Shown one piece after another: positions 1 through 3,280 of a DNA stretch of 6,259 nt (positions are counted from its first letter, which is position 1; each line of letters opens with the position of its first letter). The notes under the pieces were generated by a model. It was not told where the DNA came from and did no database searches. It was given only the letters and a program-made list of their open reading frames with translations. This DNA is from Escherichia phage NC29. The stretch is from sequence record NC_007827.1, one strand, 5' to 3'. The position numbers and the translations under genes are program-made.

Positions 1-64
1 TTATTGACAACTCCCAATCCCTTATGAGACTCTTGCTTCAATTAAATGACGTAGGAGTCTTTTT

Positions 65-433
65 ATGAAACCCGCTCATCGCCTTACTCATCCAATTCTT
101 GGTTCTTGGTTGTTTAAGTGTCCTGTTTATATTCGTTATGAGTCGCTTCATCATGGTCGCCTTATCAAGGTCCGTGCTGTTCGTGATTTGTCCCCTCGTC
201 AACGATTGATTGCTAATCCTAAGAATTGCTTTGACGTTGTTATTGCTGAAATTGATCTTACTTATGAAACCGTTACTTGGTTTGATTTTATGGATGAGGA
301 ATATGCCGCGTGTACCCCCGAGGTTATGCAGCTTCTCATTTCCTCTATTGACTCTTCTGATGTTATTCGTTCTGTAGAAGACCCGACCGTTGATTCAGGT
401 GATATGGATTGGCTTTATGAAATTGTGGAGTAA
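65..433 (+). CDS. hypothetical protein, H-A spacer ORF1 (122 aa; basic N-terminal half, strongly acidic C-terminal half)
   Basis: ATG at 65 preceded by SD-like TAGGAG (52-57, 7-nt spacing); uninterrupted 122-codon frame ending TAA 431-433; third codon positions strongly T-biased like the core phage genes; no resemblance I can recognise to phiX174 proteins A-H. Confidence 0.6.
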   Translation: MKPAHRLTHPILGSWLFKCPVYIRYESLHHGRLIKVRAVRDLSPRQRLIANPKNCFDVVIAEIDLTYETVTWFDFMDEEYAACTPEVMQLLISSIDSSDVIRSVEDPTVDSGDMDWLYEIVE

Positions 434-436
434 TTT

Positions 437-529
437 ATGGAAACTGTTATCGGAAAATTTATTGCTCTGGCTGTTGTTGCTCTTATGCTGTATGGAATTT
501 CCCGCTTGATTAGTAGGACTTTGAAATGA
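437..529 (+). CDS. hypothetical small hydrophobic peptide, H-A spacer ORF2 (30 aa, METVIGKFIALAVVALMLYGISRLISRTLK)
   Basis: ATG 437 lies 3 nt after the ORF1 stop, with GGAG (427-430) at 6-nt spacing; a hydrophobic core long enough for one transmembrane helix followed by a basic tail; T-biased third positions. Below the 60-aa cutoff of the supplied ORF track, found by hand translation. Confidence 0.4.
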   Translation: METVIGKFIALAVVALMLYGISRLISRTLK

Positions 530-702
530 AGTATTTTAGCCTTGTGGATGAACACTATGCTTATTGCCCTGATTCGCGCATTTTGCACATCACTCGTAGT
601 CGTGTTTCTGACCCTCGGTATGAGCGTCGTTTTCTTACTGATGAGGAGCATCTTGCACTTCTGGATTGGTTGAAAAATCGCCCAACTTATATTAATTCTT
701 GA
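526..702 (+). CDS. hypothetical protein, H-A spacer ORF3 (58 aa, MKYFSLVDEHYAYCPDSRILHITRSRVSDPRYERRFLTDEEHLALLDWLKNRPTYINS)
   Basis: ATG 526-528 overlaps the ORF2 stop TGA 527-529 (ATGA coupling); AGGA (515-518) at 7-nt spacing; T-biased third positions; stop TGA 700-702. Found by hand translation. Confidence 0.5.
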   Translation: MKYFSLVDEHYAYCPDSRILHITRSRVSDPRYERRFLTDEEHLALLDWLKNRPTYINS

Positions 703-728
703 CAAGTCTTTGATACACCGTCTATATT
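699..728 (+). promoter_or_regulatory. sigma70-like promoter upstream of gene A (pA-like): TTGACA - 18 nt - TATATT
   Basis: -35 TTGACA at 699-704 (6/6 consensus), 18-nt spacer, -10 TATATT at 723-728 (5/6); position equivalent to phiX174 pA just upstream of gene A. Confidence 0.45.
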
Positions 729-759
729 GCCCTCATAGTGATTCTACGAGGGCTTTTTT
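729..759 (+). terminator. intrinsic terminator-like hairpin plus T6 tract (T_H-like) immediately upstream of the gene A start
   Basis: GCCCTC (729-734) pairs with GAGGGC (748-753) and TAG (736-738) with CTA (744-746), 5-nt loop, followed by TTTTTT 754-759; GC-rich stem plus U-tract is the classic rho-independent architecture. Confidence 0.55.
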
Positions 760-761
760 GC

Positions 762-2246
762 ATGGCTACTGAAAACTTCTTCGATGTTGTTAAGACCGTC
801 TGGTCCCACGCTACGGCTAAGCACGCCCATCTTCGTATGGCTGTTCAGGTTGATAACCGCAGTCGCCTTCTCTCTGACCTCGTTTATCAGTTGGAAAAAC
901 GTCTTTCTGAAGAAACTCATCTGGATGATGAGACTTATTCCCTTTATGAATCTCAAACTGGTTTCTTGGAAGACCATATGTCTCTGGTTCGGAAGTGTGC
1001 TGCCCAACTTGATAATAGTAACACTATAGACCACCGTACCTCTTTGGATGCCGAATGTGTTTTCCTGTTTGAAATGATTTGCCCGGGTGTTCGCTACGGT
1101 AAAACGTTGAATTCTCTTTGGACTAAGTATGTTGCTCAATGGCCTGAGAAGTTAATTCGTCAAGAGTTAGACATGGTTAAGCCTTTATCCTTTAAGGATG
1201 AGGTTGCTAGGTACATGGAGAAGATGCAGGAAAAAACACGCAAAAATCGCATGACTCAAAAAGTAATTAATGAGATGCGTATTGCTCACCAAAAGGGCTG
1301 GTTTTTCGTATTTGATACTTTGACACTTGCTGATGACCGTTTGCAGGCTTTTAATGAAAACCCCAATGCTCTTCGTGATTATTTCAGGACTGTTGGTCGA
1401 GCTGTTCTGCGCGCTGAAGGTCGTTCGGTTAAGGATTCCTACAACGACTGCTATCGCTATCTTTGTGTGCCGGAGTTTGGAGGTCAGCACGGTCGTCTTC
1501 ATTGGCACGTTGTGCATATGGTGCGGACTCTTCCTTTGGGAAGTCACGACCCTAATTTCGGTCGCAAGGTACGTAATTATCGCCAGATTAACTCGTTCCG
1601 TGGCATGTGGCCTTATGGCTTCACGCAACCGATAGCTGTACGCTATCAACATGATGCTTATTCTCGCAAAGGTTGGTTGTGGCCTGTTGACAAATCAGGT
1701 AAAGCAATGCAGAGTAAGCCCTATCAGGCGGTCGCATGGTATGTGACCAAGTATGTAGCCAAGCAATCTGACCAGCGTCAGAAAGCTATTACTGAGAGAC
1801 AAAAAAAATGCAAGAATCCACTTATGGCAATCTGTCTGAAAAAGGAATTCAGAGTTCGCAGCAGCCGGAAGCTCGGAATGGAGTTACCGTCGATGGCGCA
1901 TCTCAGCAACAAAGTGCTTCTGGAGCTGAGTCGAATCAGCTTCGATTCCAGCCCTCTGTATCAGATAGTGAAAGAGAACGCCAAAAAGCAATTGACCTTG
2001 AACATCGGCGCGCTGCCTTTGCACGTCATTTTGGATGTGCGCCCGGAAGTGAGAAGTATGTTGAAAAATATCCGTCGTTTGATGAAAAAGACACCCGAGT
2101 TCAATTGGCAGAGTTCTATCGCTTCAATGACGGTCACCTTAAAAAATGGGGATATTTCTGATGAAGCACGTCAATACATTATTGATGCAGGAATTACGCC
2201 TTTTGATTTGCGAGCTAAAGCGACTCAAACTTTCGGCGGTAAGTGA
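762..2246 (+). CDS. A: replication initiation protein A (rolling-circle HUH endonuclease)
   Basis: Alignable along most of its length to phiX174 gpA as I remember it: HUH motif in HGRLHWHVVHMVRTLP, twin catalytic tyrosines in YVTKYVAKQSD, and GWFFVFDTLTLADDRL. The track ORF begins at GTG 738; I prefer the first ATG (762, MATENFF...). Stop TGA 2244-2246. Confidence 0.9.
   Translation: MATENFFDVVKTVWSHATAKHAHLRMAVQVDNRSRLLSDLVYQLEKRLSEETHLDDETYSLYESQTGFLEDHMSLVRKCAAQLDNSNTIDHRTSLDAECVFLFEMICPGVRYGKTLNSLWTKYVAQWPEKLIRQELDMVKPLSFKDEVARYMEKMQEKTRKNRMTQKVINEMRIAHQKGWFFVFDTLTLADDRLQAFNENPNALRDYFRTVGRAVLRAEGRSVKDSYNDCYRYLCVPEFGGQHGRLHWHVVHMVRTLPLGSHDPNFGRKVRNYRQINSFRGMWPYGFTQPIAVRYQHDAYSRKGWLWPVDKSGKAMQSKPYQAVAWYVTKYVAKQSDQRQKAITERQKKCKNPLMAICLKKEFRVRSSRKLGMELPSMAHLSNKVLLELSRISFDSSPLYQIVKENAKKQLTLNIGALPLHVILDVRPEVRSMLKNIRRLMKKTPEFNWQSSIASMTVTLKNGDISDEARQYIIDAGITPFDLRAKATQTFGGK
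1015..1044 (+). other. viral (+) strand replication origin, 30-nt gpA recognition/nick site inside gene A
   Basis: CAACTTGATAATAGTAACACTATAGACCAC matches the phiX174 30-nt origin CAACTTGATATTAATAACACTATAGACCAC (from memory) at 28/30 positions, both differences in the AT-rich spacer; the expected nick is between G1021 and A1022. Confidence 0.75.
1224..2246 (+). CDS. A*: A* (in-frame internal restart of A), start codon tentative
   Basis: phiX174 A* begins at an internal Met (MKSRRGF...) about 25 residues before the conserved GWF motif; the equivalent position here is flanked by in-frame ATGs at 1215, 1224 and 1251. None has a convincing SD, so the exact start is not determinable from sequence. 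Confidence 0.3.
   Translation: MQEKTRKNRMTQKVINEMRIAHQKGWFFVFDTLTLADDRLQAFNENPNALRDYFRTVGRAVLRAEGRSVKDSYNDCYRYLCVPEFGGQHGRLHWHVVHMVRTLPLGSHDPNFGRKVRNYRQINSFRGMWPYGFTQPIAVRYQHDAYSRKGWLWPVDKSGKAMQSKPYQAVAWYVTKYVAKQSDQRQKAITERQKKCKNPLMAICLKKEFRVRSSRKLGMELPSMAHLSNKVLLELSRISFDSSPLYQIVKENAKKQLTLNIGALPLHVILDVRPEVRSMLKNIRRLMKKTPEFNWQSSIASMTVTLKNGDISDEARQYIIDAGITPFDLRAKATQTFGGK
1808..2161 (+). CDS. B: internal scaffolding protein B (encoded within A in another frame)
   Basis: 117 aa; C-terminus ...RVQLAEFYRFNDGHLKKWGYF parallels phiX174 gpB ...RIQPAEFYRFHDAEVNTFGYF; acidic, Q/S-rich N-terminal half; entirely nested in gene A. Confidence 0.85.
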   Translation: MQESTYGNLSEKGIQSSQQPEARNGVTVDGASQQQSASGAESNQLRFQPSVSDSERERQKAIDLEHRRAAFARHFGCAPGSEKYVEKYPSFDEKDTRVQLAEFYRFNDGHLKKWGYF

Positions 2247-2322
2247 CCCGAATTTTTCTCAGGAGAAGATTCATGCTGAGCTCGACTCGTTACTACGCAA
2301 GTTATCGCGCTACTTTGACTAA
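2161..2322 (+). CDS. K: protein K (small overlapping gene spanning the A/C junction)
   Basis: Hand translation from ATG 2161 (overlapping B stop TGA 2159-2161) gives 53 aa MKHVNTLLMQELRLLICELKRLKLSAVSDPNFSQEKIHAELDSLLRKLSRYFD; the N-terminal leucine-rich segment resembles phiX174 gpK (..KQELLLLVYEL..); overlaps the 3' end of A and the 5' end of C as in phiX174. Confidence 0.7.
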   Translation: MKHVNTLLMQELRLLICELKRLKLSAVSDPNFSQEKIHAELDSLLRKLSRYFD

Positions 2323-2479
2323 GCAGCTTATGTTTTTGACTAAAGCTGACTTTACCAATGATGATGAAAAATGGCTTAATGCCTTTGGTAATTTGCTCCG
2401 TCAGTGGTTTCAGATTGAGGATTGGAAAGGTAATCACAAAAAATTGCTTGACGATTTGAAAAACAGGCATTATATTTAA
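2273..2479 (+). CDS. C: protein C (DNA replication switch / packaging)
   Basis: ATG 2273 with AGGAG (2261-2265) at 7-nt spacing; 68 aa; ...TKADFTNDDEKWLNAFGNLLRQWFQIEDW resembles phiX174 gpC ...KTDALDEEKWLNMLGTFVKDWFRYESH. The track ORF starts at GTG 2243; ATG 2273 preferred. Confidence 0.8.
   Translation: MLSSTRYYASYRATLTKQLMFLTKADFTNDDEKWLNAFGNLLRQWFQIEDWKGNHKKLLDDLKNRHYI
2448..2476 (+). promoter_or_regulatory. sigma70-like promoter at the 3' end of gene C (pD-like): TTGACG - 17 nt - TATATT
   Basis: -35 TTGACG 2448-2453 (5/6), 17-nt spacer, -10 TATATT 2471-2476 (5/6) overlapping the last codons of C; best promoter match I found in the window; pD lies within C in phiX174. Confidence 0.5.
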
Positions 2480-2712
2480 CTCATAGATAAATGAAGCAGT
2501 GGTGCAAAGTAGTTTATCTAAGTGGTAAGTTCAGTGAAGGGTGACCCGCTCTAAGTAGCTGAAGGGTGTTGGATGTAAGGACTCCGCGATTGACTGGTTT
2601 ATACTGGAACACTATCGGGTCAGTGAAGTGGCTGCTGAGAAATAGCCCTCTAGCTTTACGAAGACTAGGCTACATCGCGAACACCATTGTTACTTTTTTA
2701 TGGAGGATTTAT

Positions 2713-3171
2713 ATGTCTAATCTTGTTGCTACCGATGTTAATTTTGCTACCTCTGTTGCTGCTCTGAAGATGCTTCAGGCTTCTGCTGTTCTTGATATCA
2801 CTGAGGAAGATTTCGATTTTCTGACTGGTGATAAGATTTGGATTGCTACTGACCGCAATCGTGCTCGTCGTTGTGTTGAGGCGTGTGTTTATGGAACGCT
2901 GGACTTTGTTGGATACCCTCGCTTTCCTGCTCCTGTTGAGTTTATTGCTGCCGTCATTGCTTATTATGTTCATCCCGTCAACATTCAGACGGCCTGTCTC
3001 ATCATGGAAGGCGCTGAGTTTACGGAGAACATTGTTAATGGCGTCGAACGTCCGGTTAAAGCCGCTGAACTCTTTGCGTACACCTTGCGTGTTAAGGCTG
3101 GATTCAAAGAAACGGTTCTGAGTGCTGAAGATAATGCTCGTCAGAAACTTCGTGCAAGTGGAGTTATGTAA
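2713..3171 (+). CDS. D: external scaffolding protein D
   Basis: 152 aa; ATG 2713 with GGAGG (2702-2706) at 6-nt spacing; near-identical over long stretches to phiX174 gpD (LQASAVLD.TE.DFDFLT...WIATDR.RARRCVEACVYGTLDFVGYPRFPAPVEFIAAVIAYYVHPVNIQTACLIMEGAEFTEN). Confidence 0.95.
   Translation: MSNLVATDVNFATSVAALKMLQASAVLDITEEDFDFLTGDKIWIATDRNRARRCVEACVYGTLDFVGYPRFPAPVEFIAAVIAYYVHPVNIQTACLIMEGAEFTENIVNGVERPVKAAELFAYTLRVKAGFKETVLSAEDNARQKLRASGVM
2891..3121 (+). CDS. E: lysis protein E (embedded in D, +1 frame)
   Basis: 76 aa; MERWTLLDTLAFLLLLSLLLPSLLIMFIPSTFRRPVSSWKAL... is nearly identical to the phiX174 E N-terminal transmembrane domain, including the conserved Pro21. Confidence 0.85.
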   Translation: MERWTLLDTLAFLLLLSLLLPSLLIMFIPSTFRRPVSSWKALSLRRTLLMASNVRLKPLNSLRTPCVLRLDSKKRF

Positions 3172-3172
3172 T

Positions 3173-3247
3173 ATGAAAAAGGCTCGTCGTTCTCCTTCTC
3201 GTAAGAAAGGTGCCCGTCTCTGGTATGTAGGCGGTTCTCAATTTTAA
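3173..3247 (+). CDS. J: small basic DNA-binding/packaging protein J (24 aa)
   Basis: Hand translation MKKARRSPSRKKGARLWYVGGSQF; the C-terminus KGARLWYVGG.QF matches phiX174 gpJ, while the short 24-aa length is typical of alpha3/G4-type J; starts 1 nt after the D stop. Confidence 0.85.
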   Translation: MKKARRSPSRKKGARLWYVGGSQF

Positions 3248-3252
3248 TTAAT

Positions 3253-3278
3253 GGGCTTCGGCCCCTATAAGGATTTTT
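3253..3278 (+). terminator. cUUCGg tetraloop hairpin in the J-F spacer (T_J-like terminator or mRNA 3' stabiliser), overlapping the F ribosome-binding site
   Basis: GGGC (3253-3256) / TTCG loop / GCCC (3261-3264), then CTATAAGGATTTTT; SD TAAGGA 3268-3273 sits 7 nt before the F ATG. phiX174 has a terminator in the J-F spacer. Confidence 0.35.
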
Positions 3279-3280
3279 AA

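Noticed and set aside
4-32. TTGACA at 4-9 as a promoter for ORF1
   Set aside because: There is no acceptable -10 hexamer 16-19 nt downstream (AGACTC/GAGACT at the 17-18 nt position; TATGAG is only 13 nt away), so I do not call a promoter; ORF1-3 are more likely expressed by read-through from H.
738-761. GTG 738 as the gene A start, plus the analogous track starts GTG 2243 for C and TTG 4595 for G
   Set aside because: In each case a downstream in-frame ATG has a better SD and agrees with the N-terminus of the phiX174 homolog (MLSS... for C, MFQ... for G); GTG 738 sits in the loop of the terminator hairpin.
1620-1649. Possible pB promoter TTCACG - 18 nt - TATCAA inside gene A
   Set aside because: Only 4/6 matches in each hexamer with a suboptimal spacer; several equally weak matches exist, so I cannot place pB from sequence alone.
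2513-2525. DnaA-box-like sequence TTATCTAAG in the C-D spacer
   Set aside because: Only about 6/9 match to the TTATCCACA consensus, and a DnaA box has no known role in microvirus replication.
2491-2544. 17-codon ORF (MKQWCKVVYLSGKFSEG) at the start of the C-D spacer
   Set aside because: No SD motif upstream, very short, and it overlaps the direct-repeat array; more likely a chance frame.
2566-2712. N-terminal extension of D back to TTG 2566 (the track gives 201 aa)
   Set aside because: The D homology begins exactly at ATG 2713, which has a perfect GGAGG SD at 6-nt spacing; the upstream in-frame stretch has no ATG, and its sequence is the repeat-rich leader.
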